DNA from: an uncultured Pelagibacteraceae bacterium | Lineage (GTDB): Bacteria > Pseudomonadota > Alphaproteobacteria > Pelagibacterales > Pelagibacteraceae | Reading direction: 5' to 3' | DNA: 64,000 nucleotides | NCBI GenBank assembly: GCA_902618975.1 | Contig: CACNCN010000002.1 | Location: 5,325-69,324 of the forward strand | Shown here: piece by piece, positions 1-10,379 of the stretch | Layout: each line of letters starts with the position of its first letter | Position numbering within the stretch: position 1 is the first letter of the stretch | Translations under genes and position numbers: made by a program | Notes under the pieces: model-generated | Told to the model about the DNA's origin: nothing | Databases searched by the model: none | Seen by the model: the letters and a program-made list of their open reading frames with translations, nothing else

Positions 1-2
1 GT

Positions 3-242
3 ACAGGTCATCCAGATACTGTAGTTGAGTGGATGCGTAATGGAAAGTGGACAAAAACAAAAGATTATGGAGAGGGCACAAAAGAAAACTCTAGTTTTCC
101 CAAACAACCAGATTGGTTTGTAGATGCAAGTGGTTTTAAAAATTTAGAAAAGGGTCTTAGAAATATTGGTTTCAACGAAATAGAGACAAATGATATTTTA
201 GGAAATAATTGGTACAATTTTTATAAAGGAATTAAAAATTAA
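3..242 (+). CDS. Membrane dipeptidase (M19/renal dipeptidase family), C-terminal part; gene starts before the window
   Basis: Frame is open from position 3 (TGHPDTVVEWMRNGKW...); the C-terminal 'GLRNIGFNEIETNDILGNNW' pattern is typical of M19 dipeptidases. Confidence 0.7.
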   Translation, partial: TGHPDTVVEWMRNGKWTKTKDYGEGTKENSSFPKQPDWFVDASGFKNLEKGLRNIGFNEIETNDILGNNWYNFYKGIKN

Positions 243-1906
243 TGATAAATATTGAATTAAGACATCCCGAAGACGTTATGAAATTATCTAGACTAGGTTC
301 ATTTCATCAATCTAAATTGTCTTTTTTAAGAAGTTTTATAAGAGAGTTCAAAAATTGGGAATTTAACAGAGATATATTCGATTTAGATAAAAATGGTTAT
401 GGAGTTGTTGTCTACTCTGTGAGAAAAAACAAAAGGATATACTCTCTGATTTGTTTTTCTCAGCATATTAATGCTGAAGAGAGATCTGATAGAGTAATAG
501 CTACTAAATGGGATGCTGCTTTTGTACTTCACGATGGTGTGCCTACAAAAAATGACATTGAGAGGCTAAAAGAAAATGTACCTAAGCAAGAAATTGGTAG
601 AATGTCAAATAAGGAGCTTGCATTATCAAGGGCCAACAAATCAGTAAGAATTTTTGACCATGTTGTAAATTCACTAAGTTCTGGTAAGCAACCGGACGTA
701 AACCTTTTAAATAAAGTAGGTTATTTGTATAGAACAACTGCTGTTTATGGTTCAGGAAAATTTGGTTTAGCTGATAGATTTCGAATTAAAGACAGAAAAG
801 AAATTTGTGGACCCTTTAGATTAGAAATGATGTTGGTATATTTGGTCAGACAGTTTACATTTGATCAGATTAATCACATATCAAAGATGAAAAATCCTAA
901 TGAATTTGTCAGCCTTGACAAAAAAATTGCTAAAAATTTGGGCATAGGTAATTCTACTGGACTAGGAATGGCCCCATTTATCGTAAATCACCCAACGTTA
1001 TTACATCAATGGATTTACAATCGAGAAAAAGCACTTAAAGAAATTAGATCAATAAAGTATGTAAGTAAAAAAGATATTGAGCATTTTAAATTTTGTTTAG
1101 AAAAATCAAAAAAAATTATTGATACTTGGTATACTGACAGCAAATATCAAAATAAAAAAATTAAATCATTAAAAAACGATCTAATAAAATTTAATGAATA
1201 TTTTTCAAGTTTAAAATTAATATCTAAAAAATACTTATGGAATGAAATTTTTTTATGGATAGATAAGTATTTAGATGAGGAATGTAGTGAATATTTAATT
1301 TCCATGATGATGGAGCCATACGATAATATAATTGAACCTTTAGTAAAAAATATGAGTTCTGATGAGGAAAAATATTTTAATATTCCTTCAAATAGAAAAC
1401 TGATAGAGTTAAAAAAAATTATAGAGACTAAATATAAATCAATTTTAAATATTAATTTTAATGATAAAAAATCAAATACTTTTTTTTGGTTTATTTCAAA
1501 GAATAAAGAGGAGCCAAGGATAGCGAATAGATTTGAAGAGTACGGATCTAATCTTGAGCAGCCACTGGCAATAGCTAGAGATATTAAAAAAGTATTTGAA
1601 AAGATCTCTAATAAAAATTTATCAAAAACCGTTGCAGATTTCTTGGTTGATAACGATGAGTTGAGACATGTAATAAGAAGAATTTTTATTTCTGAAAAAT
1701 TTCAGTACTCTGAAATTCTAGACAATACTATTAGCGAAACTTTAATACCAATAGATATGTTAAGACTTAAATTATCATTTTTTGGAGCACAAAAATTCGA
1801 TCCAAGATCGGATAAATGGTTAAGAATCTGTATGTACCAAGGAGCTCCTTTGGTTAATGAGATAAAAAATTCAGATGATACGTGGATATATGATTCTATA
1901 AATTAA
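242..1906 (+). CDS. Conserved hypothetical protein (554 aa)
   Basis: Long ORF coupled to upstream gene (TAATG); conserved-looking motifs RTTAVYGSGKFG and GIGNSTGLGMAPF; no function recognised. Confidence 0.8.
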   Translation: MINIELRHPEDVMKLSRLGSFHQSKLSFLRSFIREFKNWEFNRDIFDLDKNGYGVVVYSVRKNKRIYSLICFSQHINAEERSDRVIATKWDAAFVLHDGVPTKNDIERLKENVPKQEIGRMSNKELALSRANKSVRIFDHVVNSLSSGKQPDVNLLNKVGYLYRTTAVYGSGKFGLADRFRIKDRKEICGPFRLEMMLVYLVRQFTFDQINHISKMKNPNEFVSLDKKIAKNLGIGNSTGLGMAPFIVNHPTLLHQWIYNREKALKEIRSIKYVSKKDIEHFKFCLEKSKKIIDTWYTDSKYQNKKIKSLKNDLIKFNEYFSSLKLISKKYLWNEIFLWIDKYLDEECSEYLISMMMEPYDNIIEPLVKNMSSDEEKYFNIPSNRKLIELKKIIETKYKSILNINFNDKKSNTFFWFISKNKEEPRIANRFEEYGSNLEQPLAIARDIKKVFEKISNKNLSKTVADFLVDNDELRHVIRRIFISEKFQYSEILDNTISETLIPIDMLRLKLSFFGAQKFDPRSDKWLRICMYQGAPLVNEIKNSDDTWIYDSIN

Positions 1907-1908
1907 AT

Positions 1909-2517
1909 ATGATGTCTTTTAGTGAAATAGAAACTGTTTCAAAACGTGCTTCAAAAGCAATAGGATATTCCTGGGGAATTTCTGAAGAGATTGGAAAATC
2001 AATTAGAATTCTTGAAATGTTTAATTTACCTGGGATTTCGACACTAAATCAATATTTTAAAAAAATAAAAAATAATCACCCACAAAAATTAAAAAATATT
2101 TTAAAAATAAATAAATCTGATGATGAGCTTTGCCCAATATATACTGGAGTAAGTATTTTAGACAATTGTAATCAGCTGGAAGATTTAAATATAATTAAGT
2201 TTTTTAATATCAATTATCCTTTATTAATTATACCTTTCTTGAGCAGATCATCAGAAATTATCAACAAACCTATACATGTAATTTTAGATGAGGGAAAATA
2301 TATACTTAATAGCAATAAAACCATTCTTACTAACATTGAAAAAAGTAATAATTCTAAAATCTCTAAGGAGTTAACAATTCAATTTGAGGAAAACAAGAAT
2401 TTATTTACAGATACAGAGTGGAAAGAATTGTATAAGCTTTCTGAGGATACATTTGTTCCTGAGACAGATAGTTTAAAAAATTCTGCTGCAGGAGCTGGCT
2501 TGACTGATAATGACTAA
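1909..2517 (+). CDS. DUF3726-like protein
   Basis: N-term SFSEIETVSKRASKAIGYSWG and C-term FVPET..S...AAGAGLTDND are characteristic of DUF3726. Confidence 0.7.
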   Translation: MMSFSEIETVSKRASKAIGYSWGISEEIGKSIRILEMFNLPGISTLNQYFKKIKNNHPQKLKNILKINKSDDELCPIYTGVSILDNCNQLEDLNIIKFFNINYPLLIIPFLSRSSEIINKPIHVILDEGKYILNSNKTILTNIEKSNNSKISKELTIQFEENKNLFTDTEWKELYKLSEDTFVPETDSLKNSAAGAGLTDND

Positions 2518-3472
2518 TAAAAATAAAAAAACAATACAACCACTTGATGGAACTAAAGTTCCTAGGTTTGCAGGCCCTTCAACTTTTGCAAGATTACCAG
2601 AAATTAGAGATTTAGATAAATGCGATATTGCTATCGTTGGTATACCATTTGACGCTGGAACTAGCTTTAGACCAGGAGCAAGGTTCGGACCTCAAAGTGT
2701 AAGACAAGCATCAAGACACTTACGAACAAATTATCATCCTAATTATGACGAAGAGCCTTTTAAAATTCTTCAAGTTGCTGATGCAGGTGACTTAGTTTGT
2801 AATCCTTTTAAAATTGATGAAGCTATAAAACAAATAGAAAAAGGTGCTAGCGATTTACTAGCTAAGATTGATGGACTAATTAGCATTGGAGGAGATCATA
2901 CTATTGCATTTCCTTTACTAAAAGCAGTCAACAAAAAATTTAAAGGACCTGTTGCTTTAGTTCACTTCGACGCTCATCTTGATACATGGGATACATATTT
3001 TGGAGCACCTTTTACCCACGGTACTCCTTTTAGAAGAGCTAGAGAAGAAAATTTATTTCTCGATAATGCTTCTATGCATGTAGGTATACGTGGACCATTA
3101 TATAGTAGAGATGATTTGAAGAATGATGCAGATTTCGGATTCAAAATTGTGCATTGCGATGAATTTCAATCTCAGGGTATAGATAAAATTGTAAAAAGGA
3201 TTAGGGAAAGAGTGGGTGATAAACCATTATATTTGTCAATTGATATAGATGTTTTGGATCCAGCATTTGCACCAGGAACAGGAACCCCAGAAATAGCAGG
3301 AATGACTAGTAGAGAAATGGTTAATGTTTTGCGAGGTCTTTCAGGCTTAAATTTAATTTCAGCAGATGTGGTAGAGGTATCGCCAGCTTATGACCATGCT
3401 GAGGTTACTTCTCTAGCAGCGGCTACTATTGTGTATGAGCTTATAAACTTGTTTGCAAAAAGAAAAAGATAG
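2510..3472 (+). CDS. speB: Agmatinase / guanidino-acid ureohydrolase (arginase family)
   Basis: GGDHT, DAHLD, HGTPF, SIDIDVLDP, PGTGTPE metal-binding motifs. Confidence 0.85.
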   Translation: MTNKNKKTIQPLDGTKVPRFAGPSTFARLPEIRDLDKCDIAIVGIPFDAGTSFRPGARFGPQSVRQASRHLRTNYHPNYDEEPFKILQVADAGDLVCNPFKIDEAIKQIEKGASDLLAKIDGLISIGGDHTIAFPLLKAVNKKFKGPVALVHFDAHLDTWDTYFGAPFTHGTPFRRAREENLFLDNASMHVGIRGPLYSRDDLKNDADFGFKIVHCDEFQSQGIDKIVKRIRERVGDKPLYLSIDIDVLDPAFAPGTGTPEIAGMTSREMVNVLRGLSGLNLISADVVEVSPAYDHAEVTSLAAATIVYELINLFAKRKR

Positions 3473-3485
3473 GATATTTTTCATA

Positions 3486-4919
3486 ATGCTTAACAAAAGA
3501 AAATTCTATATTAATGGTCAATGGGTAGACCCAATAAAACCTGATGATTGTAATGTAATAAATCCATCTACAGAGGAAAATTGTGCAGTAATTTCGATTG
3601 GCAGTAAAGAAGATGTAAATCTTGCAGTTAAATCAGCAAAAGATGCATTTAATGATTGGGCATTTACATCTAAAGAAGAAAAAATAAATTTATTAGAGAC
3701 TTTATATTCGAATTATAAAAAAAGATGGGCAGATTTTGCAAATGCTATTACGATGGAAATGGGTGCTCCAAAAGATTTTGCAACAAAACTTCAAGCTGGA
3801 ACAGGTGCTAGTCACATGAAATCATTTATTAGGTATTTAAAAAATTTTGAATTTGAAAAACCTTTAGGAGAACATGCTCCTAATCAAAGATTATTATATG
3901 AACCTAAAGGAGTTTGTGCTCTTATTACTCCATGGAATTGGCCAATGAATCAAGTTTGTTTAAAAGTTATGCCGGCTTTATCTGCGGGATGTACAATGGT
4001 TTTAAAACCATCAGAACTTGCTCCATTGTCTTCTATGATACTTGCTGAAATTATTGATGAAACAAAATTTCCTCCCGGTGTATTTAATTTGGTAAATGGT
4101 AATGGTGAAACTACTGGTAATGCATTGACTAGTCATCCAGATATAGATATGATCTCATTTACTGGCTCAACAAGAGCAGGTGCATTAATATCAAAAAATG
4201 CAGCAAATGATTTTAAAAGAGTAAGTTTGGAATTAGGTGGCAAGGGAGCAAATATTGTTTTCAAAGATGCTGATCCGGAGGCTGTTGAAAGAGGTGCAAC
4301 AAGGTGTTTTAGAAACTCTGGTCAATCTTGTAATGCACCTACTAGAATGTTAGTTGAAAAACCCATATATAAAGAAACAGTCAATAAATTGATAAAGTTT
4401 GCGAATAATTTCAAAGTAGATGATCCAACAAAAGAGGGCGATCACATTGGTCCTGTAATTTCTGAGACACAATTTAATAAAATACAAGGATTAATTCAAA
4501 AAGGGATAGATGAGGGAGCAAATCTTGTTGCTGGAGGCCTTGGAAAACCAGAGGGGTTAAATAAAGGTTATTATGTTAAACCAACGGTATTTGCTGATGT
4601 TAAGAACAATATGGAAATTGCACAAACAGAAATTTTCGGACCCGTATTATCAGTAATACCATTCGAAACTGAGGAAGAAGCTATATCAATTGCAAATGAC
4701 ACTTTATACGGATTGACGAACTATATTCAAACACAAGATCAAAATAAAGTTCATAGAGTTGCAAGAAAATTAAGGTCAGGTATGGTTGATGTTAACGGCG
4801 CTGGTATAGCAGTAGATGCGCCTTTTGGTGGATTCAAACACTCGGGCATAGGTCGAGAAGCAGGACAAGACGGTCTTCTAGAATTTTTAGAAGTAAAATC
4901 TGTAGGAGGCTGGAGTTAG
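3486..4919 (+). CDS. Aldehyde dehydrogenase family protein
   Basis: ITPWNWP, FTGS, LELGGK, SGQSC catalytic Cys, EIFGP; likely start is ATG 3486 rather than 3453. Confidence 0.93.
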   Translation: MLNKRKFYINGQWVDPIKPDDCNVINPSTEENCAVISIGSKEDVNLAVKSAKDAFNDWAFTSKEEKINLLETLYSNYKKRWADFANAITMEMGAPKDFATKLQAGTGASHMKSFIRYLKNFEFEKPLGEHAPNQRLLYEPKGVCALITPWNWPMNQVCLKVMPALSAGCTMVLKPSELAPLSSMILAEIIDETKFPPGVFNLVNGNGETTGNALTSHPDIDMISFTGSTRAGALISKNAANDFKRVSLELGGKGANIVFKDADPEAVERGATRCFRNSGQSCNAPTRMLVEKPIYKETVNKLIKFANNFKVDDPTKEGDHIGPVISETQFNKIQGLIQKGIDEGANLVAGGLGKPEGLNKGYYVKPTVFADVKNNMEIAQTEIFGPVLSVIPFETEEEAISIANDTLYGLTNYIQTQDQNKVHRVARKLRSGMVDVNGAGIAVDAPFGGFKHSGIGREAGQDGLLEFLEVKSVGGWS

Positions 4920-6100
4920 TTAATTATAGACTTATTTTTAACACCGTTTAAAAAAGACAAACATTTTTTTATTTCACTTAATTCTATAAATTCATCTATT
5001 TTATGTGCTTGTTCAATTGAACCTGGTCCACATACCACAGTACTAATCCCTATTTCTTGAAATAAACCAGCTTCTGTTCCAAAAGAAACAACTTCTCTTT
5101 CATTATCACCAGTAATACTTGAAACAAACTCACATGCTTTGGAGTCATTTACTCGATTAAATCCAATTATTTCACCAATAATATCTTTTCTAATTGATGA
5201 ATTTGGATAAATTTTTTTCATTTCAGGCAATAAATGATTATTTGCATAATTATCTATTTCTTTATTTAAAAATATTCCATCTTCTTTATTAACTGGTCTT
5301 GTTTCCCAATTTACATGACACTTGTCAGCAATAACATTGTGTGCAATACCTCCAAAAATTCCTCCGATAGACAATGTTGAATAGGGAGGATTAAATATTG
5401 AGTTTTTTGTCTGCCTTTTTTCTAAATCTTTTCTTAGAGATAAAAGTTTATTAACATATTTAGTGGCAAACTCTGCGGCATTAACTCCTTCATCAGGTTT
5501 TGAACTATGTGCGGCAAGACCCTCAAAATAGGTTGTGTATTCATAGCAACCTTTATGAGAGTCAATTATTTTCATTTTTGTAGGTTCTCCTACAATACAA
5601 ATACCATTTGTAATATTTCTTTTTTTTAATTCTTTAATTAATAAAGGTGCTCCTATACAGGCAGTCTCCTCATCAAATGTTAAAGAAAAATGAATGTCTC
5701 TAGAAATATTTGATTTTGAAAAAACTTCAGCAAAAGCTAAAGAGCATGCTAAAAAACCTTTCATGTCACAAGACCCTCTCCCATATAATTTATCTCCTTT
5801 AATTTCTGCTTTGAAAGGATCGGTAGACCAGCCTTTTGAAACAGGCACTACATCTGTATGTCCAGATAAAATAATCGGTTCTACTCCGTTATTTTTTTTT
5901 GCTTTTAATGTTGCAAAAAGATTTACCCTTTTTTTGTTTTCATCAAATACCTTAAAAGATGAGGCGCCGTTACTTTTTAGAATATCCTCGCAATAATTTA
6001 TTAGAGATGAATTATTTTCCCCTGAAATTGTTTTAAAACCTATAAGATCCGTAAGAATCTTTATTGATTTTTCGTACAATTTGTTATCTAAATTCGCCAC
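4916..6100 (-). CDS. argE: Acetylornithine deacetylase (M20 family)
   Basis: SGHTDVVP, GRGSCDMKG, DEE, GEPT, QAHKIDE motifs. Confidence 0.88.
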   Translation of the reverse strand: MANLDNKLYEKSIKILTDLIGFKTISGENNSSLINYCEDILKSNGASSFKVFDENKKRVNLFATLKAKKNNGVEPIILSGHTDVVPVSKGWSTDPFKAEIKGDKLYGRGSCDMKGFLACSLAFAEVFSKSNISRDIHFSLTFDEETACIGAPLLIKELKKRNITNGICIVGEPTKMKIIDSHKGCYEYTTYFEGLAAHSSKPDEGVNAAEFATKYVNKLLSLRKDLEKRQTKNSIFNPPYSTLSIGGIFGGIAHNVIADKCHVNWETRPVNKEDGIFLNKEIDNYANNHLLPEMKKIYPNSSIRKDIIGEIIGFNRVNDSKACEFVSSITGDNEREVVSFGTEAGLFQEIGISTVVCGPGSIEQAHKIDEFIELSEIKKCLSFLNGVKNKSIIN

Positions 6101-6122
6101 AATCTATTTATATATTAAAATT

Positions 6123-6464
6123 ATGAAAGAACAAATAAACTACAATGATTTTGATAAAGTTGATATTCGATTAGGTACTGTAATTTCTTTAGAAAAAAAC
6201 GAAAAAGCCAGAAAACCTTCGTTGGTATTAAAAGTCGATTTTGGTCCTGAAATTGGAATAAAGCAATCCTCAGCACAAATAACTCATTTTTATAATAAAG
6301 AGAATTTAGTTGGTAAGCAAGTTATTGGGGTTGTCAATTTTCCAGAGAAAAATATTGCTGGAATTGTATCTCAAGTACTTATATTGGGCTCTATCGATAA
6401 AGAGGGAAGGGTAACTTTACTTCATCCATCTCAAAAAGCTGAGGATGGGCTTCCAATAGCTTAA
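6123..6464 (+). CDS. csaA: tRNA-binding / secretion chaperone CsaA
   Basis: DFDKVDIRLG, KQSSAQIT, VVNFPEKNIAG motifs; start ATG 6123. Confidence 0.88.
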   Translation: MKEQINYNDFDKVDIRLGTVISLEKNEKARKPSLVLKVDFGPEIGIKQSSAQITHFYNKENLVGKQVIGVVNFPEKNIAGIVSQVLILGSIDKEGRVTLLHPSQKAEDGLPIA

Positions 6465-6467
6465 ATA

Positions 6468-7058
6468 ATGCATCCTGAATTGCTATCACTTTTTTTATTT
6501 ATGCTTGGTACAGGATGTTCTCCTGGTCCTAATAATATAGTTGCCTCATATTCAGGTTTTAATTTTGGTATTATAAAAACCTTACCACATATGCTTGGAG
6601 TAATACTTGGTTTTACTTTAATGGTTAGTATATTAAATTTTGGTCTTATAAATATATTTAGATTATATCCGCTACTTCAAGAAATTTTAAAAGTTTCAGG
6701 ATCAGTATTTCTAATTTATTTAGCTTATAAAATTGCCTTTTCTAAAAATATTAATAAAAAACATAAACAAAATCCCGTAAAGTTTATAGAAACCTTTCTA
6801 TTTCAATTTTTAAATCCAAAAGGTGTAATAGTGGGTATAATATGTGTATCTACATACGTCGAAGGTGGAGCAAATTTCGTCAATCATTCTGCATGGGTAA
6901 TTAGTGTTTCATTCATCTGTGCAGTCATAAGTATCAATTTTTGGACTTTAATAGGTAAATTCTTAAGGAAATTTGCGACAAATGAAAAATTTATAAAGTG
7001 GTTTAATTATGCTATGTCAATTCTTCTATTAGGTTGTATAGCAACATTTTATTACTAA
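6468..7058 (+). CDS. LysE/RhtB-family exporter
   Basis: SPGPNN and FQFLNPK motifs, multiple TM segments. Confidence 0.85.
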   Translation: MHPELLSLFLFMLGTGCSPGPNNIVASYSGFNFGIIKTLPHMLGVILGFTLMVSILNFGLINIFRLYPLLQEILKVSGSVFLIYLAYKIAFSKNINKKHKQNPVKFIETFLFQFLNPKGVIVGIICVSTYVEGGANFVNHSAWVISVSFICAVISINFWTLIGKFLRKFATNEKFIKWFNYAMSILLLGCIATFYY

Positions 7059-7060
7059 TT

Positions 7061-9730
7061 ATGAAACCAGGAAATAAAAACTCTTATAACTCGTTAAAAA
7101 CAATAAAAGTTAATGGTATTGATTATAAATACTACTCTTTATTAGAAGCAGAAAAAAATGGATTAAGTGGAATTTCTAAATTACCCAAATCTCTAAAGGT
7201 ATTGTTAGAAAATTTATTGAGATATGAAGATGAAACTTCTGTCAATAAGTCTCAAATTGAATCAATACACAAATGGCTGGATAAGAAAAAATCAAAAACT
7301 GAAATTGCTTATAGACCAGCTAGAGTCTTATTACAAGACTATACAGGAATTCCTGCTGTTGCTGATTTAGCAGCTATGAGAGAAGCTGTAAAAAAGAAAA
7401 AAAAAGATCCAAATTCAATCAATCCTTTGTCAGCCGTAGATTTAGTAATTGATCACTCAGTACAAGTTGACAAGTTTGCAAATAAAGATTCTTTTGAAAA
7501 AAATGTAGAAATAGAATTTGATAGAAATGGAGAGAGATACTCTTTTTTAAAATGGGGACAACAAGCCTTTGATAACTTTAGAATAGTTCCTCCAGGCACC
7601 GGTATATGTCATCAGGTGAATCTAGAATATTTATCAAAAGTAGTTTGGACAGAAAAGTTTAATGGTGTAAAATATTTATTTCCAGACACACTTGTAGGAA
7701 CAGATAGTCATACTACAATGGTAAATGGTTTATCAGTTTTAGGTTGGGGAGTAGGGGGAATTGAAGCAGAGGCAGGCATGCTAGGCCAACCAATATCAAT
7801 GTTAATACCTGAAGTTATCGGTTTTAAATTGCTAAACAAAATGCCAGAAGGCACTACCGCTACAGATCTAGTGTTAACAGTCGTCAAAATGTTACGAGAC
7901 AAAGGAGTCGTTGGTAAATTTGTTGAATTTTACGGAGACGGACTTAAAAATTTAACTTTAGCTGATAGAGCAACTATTGCAAATATGGCCCCTGAGTACG
8001 GTGCAACATGTGGTTTTTTTCCAATAGATGATGAAACATTAAAATATTTAACTTTTTCAGGTAGAAATAGTGATACAGTTAAAATAGTAGAGACTTATGC
8101 TAAAGATCAAGGTCTTTGGGCATCAGATGATATTGAATTTACAGATACAATATCTTTAGACATGTCGTCTATTGTGCCCACTATATCTGGTCCAAAAAGA
8201 CCACAAGATAAAGTTTTACTGAGTGAGGCAAGCAAAAACTTCAAAAGAATTTTTAAAGAGATTACTAAGAGAAATTTAAAAAAATATTCAAAAGTCAGAG
8301 GATTTGATTACGATATATCTGATGGATCAATATTAATTGCTGCTATAACTTCATGTACTAATACTTCAAATCCCAATGTATTAATTGGAGCAGGCTTGTT
8401 AGCAAAAAAAGCAGTGAAACTTGGATTAAAAACTAAACCTTGGGTAAAAACTTCATTAGCCCCAGGATCGCAAGTTGTGACAGATTATTTAAACAAAGCC
8501 GGTTTAAGTAAATACCTAGATATGTTAGGATTTAATTTAGTAGGTTATGGTTGTACAACATGTATTGGAAACTCTGGGCCACTTTCGGATGAAATTGTAA
8601 ATGCTATTGAAAAAGAAAATCTTTATACAGTTTCTGTATTATCAGGTAATAGGAACTTTGAAGGAAGAATCTCACCAAATATAAAAGCAAATTTCTTAGC
8701 ATCACCTCCTTTAGTAGTAGCATATGCTTTAGCAGGACATATGGAAATAGATATTTACAAAGAAAAAATTGGAAAAGGAAACAATAATAAAGAAGTATTT
8801 TTAAAAGATATTTGGCCCTCAAATCAAGAGATAGAGGATACATTACAAAAAGCTTTAAGTGCAGAAATGTTTGTTAATAGATATAAAAATGTATCTGAAG
8901 GTCCAGTTCAGTGGCAAAAAATAAAAACTGAACCTTCAAGTATATATAAATGGGATGAGGGATCCACTTATGTAAAAAAACCACCTTTTTTTGACAATCT
9001 TCCAGATAAGCCTGAGGGTTTTAAAGCAATTAAAAATGCGAGACCACTTTTAATTTTGGGCGACATGGTTACTACTGATCATATATCTCCCGCAGGTTCA
9101 ATTCAAAAAGAAAGCCCTACAGGCGAGTATTTTATGCAACATCAAATACTTCCAAAAGATTACAATTCTTATGGATCGAGAAGAGGCAATCATGAGGTAA
9201 TGATGAGAGGTACTTTTGCAAATATAAGAATTAGAAATGAAATAGCTCCAGGAACAGAAGGCGGTTTTACAAAACTATTTCCAGAAGAAAAAATAATGCC
9301 AATTTACGATGCTGTTGTAGAATATAAAAAAAGGGGCACAGATTTAATTGTTATTGGAGGGAAAGAATACGGAACTGGATCATCTAGAGACTGGGCTGCT
9401 AAAGGCACAAAGCTATTAGGAATAAAAGTTGTCATAGCCGAAAGTTTTGAAAGAATACATAGATCAAATTTGATTGGAATGGGAATACTACCTCTGCAAT
9501 TTGTAGAAAATGTTGATAGAAAGAAATTAAATCTAGTTGGATCTGAGTTGATTACAGTATTAAATATCGAGAAAGGAGTAAATCCTTCAGACAAAGTAAA
9601 AGTAGAAATTAAATATTTATCAGGAGATATCAGAATAATTAATACAATATGTAGAATTGATACGAAAAATGAATTGGAATATTATAAAAATGGTGGAATT
9701 CTCCAATACGTTTTAAGAAATATGATTTGA
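7061..9730 (+). CDS. acnA: Aconitate hydratase A
   Basis: LQDYTG, DHSVQVD, GTDSHT, ITSCTNTSNP, GCTTCIGNSG, GSSRDWAAKG; start ATG 7061. Confidence 0.97.
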   Translation: MKPGNKNSYNSLKTIKVNGIDYKYYSLLEAEKNGLSGISKLPKSLKVLLENLLRYEDETSVNKSQIESIHKWLDKKKSKTEIAYRPARVLLQDYTGIPAVADLAAMREAVKKKKKDPNSINPLSAVDLVIDHSVQVDKFANKDSFEKNVEIEFDRNGERYSFLKWGQQAFDNFRIVPPGTGICHQVNLEYLSKVVWTEKFNGVKYLFPDTLVGTDSHTTMVNGLSVLGWGVGGIEAEAGMLGQPISMLIPEVIGFKLLNKMPEGTTATDLVLTVVKMLRDKGVVGKFVEFYGDGLKNLTLADRATIANMAPEYGATCGFFPIDDETLKYLTFSGRNSDTVKIVETYAKDQGLWASDDIEFTDTISLDMSSIVPTISGPKRPQDKVLLSEASKNFKRIFKEITKRNLKKYSKVRGFDYDISDGSILIAAITSCTNTSNPNVLIGAGLLAKKAVKLGLKTKPWVKTSLAPGSQVVTDYLNKAGLSKYLDMLGFNLVGYGCTTCIGNSGPLSDEIVNAIEKENLYTVSVLSGNRNFEGRISPNIKANFLASPPLVVAYALAGHMEIDIYKEKIGKGNNNKEVFLKDIWPSNQEIEDTLQKALSAEMFVNRYKNVSEGPVQWQKIKTEPSSIYKWDEGSTYVKKPPFFDNLPDKPEGFKAIKNARPLLILGDMVTTDHISPAGSIQKESPTGEYFMQHQILPKDYNSYGSRRGNHEVMMRGTFANIRIRNEIAPGTEGGFTKLFPEEKIMPIYDAVVEYKKRGTDLIVIGGKEYGTGSSRDWAAKGTKLLGIKVVIAESFERIHRSNLIGMGILPLQFVENVDRKKLNLVGSELITVLNIEKGVNPSDKVKVEIKYLSGDIRIINTICRIDTKNELEYYKNGGILQYVLRNMI

Positions 9731-9731
9731 T

Positions 9732-10379
9732 ATGAATGATCAAGAAATTGAAATTATTAATTCATCAACAAGAAATGAAAAAATTAAAATTTTTTTTAAA
9801 TCATATTTAAAAATTATTATAACTATTTTTATTTTAATTTTAGTAATTATTTCAGGTATGTTCTTATATAAGGACTATGCTTTTAATAAGAAAATTAAAA
9901 TATCAAATCAATTTAACAATATAGTAATAAGTTATAATGACAAAAACAAATCTAGTACTTTAGACAAACTAGATTCTATAATTTTGAGTAAAGATTCAAC
10001 TTATGCGCCTTTATCACTATACTTTATTCTGGAAAATAATTTGTTAGAATCACAGGAAAAAATTAATCAATATTTTGATATAATCATTAATGAAATAGGA
10101 TTAGACGAAGATTTAAAAAACCTAAATATTTATAAAAAAGGATTATATAATTCTAATTTCCAGCAAGAAGATCAAATTTTGAATATATTGAACCCTATTT
10201 TAACCAAAGATAATCCTTGGAAATCTCATGCATTATATTTGGCAGCAGAATATTATTATAATAAAAATGAAATGCAAAAATCAAAAGAGTTCTATTTAAA
10301 AATAACAAATTTAGAAACAGCAAATAAAGAAATAAAGTTAAAAGCCCAATTAAGAATTCAAAGAGATTTTAGTGAATAA
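9732..10379 (+). CDS. YfgM-like TPR membrane protein (ancillary SecYEG subunit)
   Basis: Single N-terminal TM plus helical repeats; directly upstream of a BamB-like gene as in alphaproteobacteria. Confidence 0.6.
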   Translation: MNDQEIEIINSSTRNEKIKIFFKSYLKIIITIFILILVIISGMFLYKDYAFNKKIKISNQFNNIVISYNDKNKSSTLDKLDSIILSKDSTYAPLSLYFILENNLLESQEKINQYFDIIINEIGLDEDLKNLNIYKKGLYNSNFQQEDQILNILNPILTKDNPWKSHALYLAAEYYYNKNEMQKSKEFYLKITNLETANKEIKLKAQLRIQRDFSE

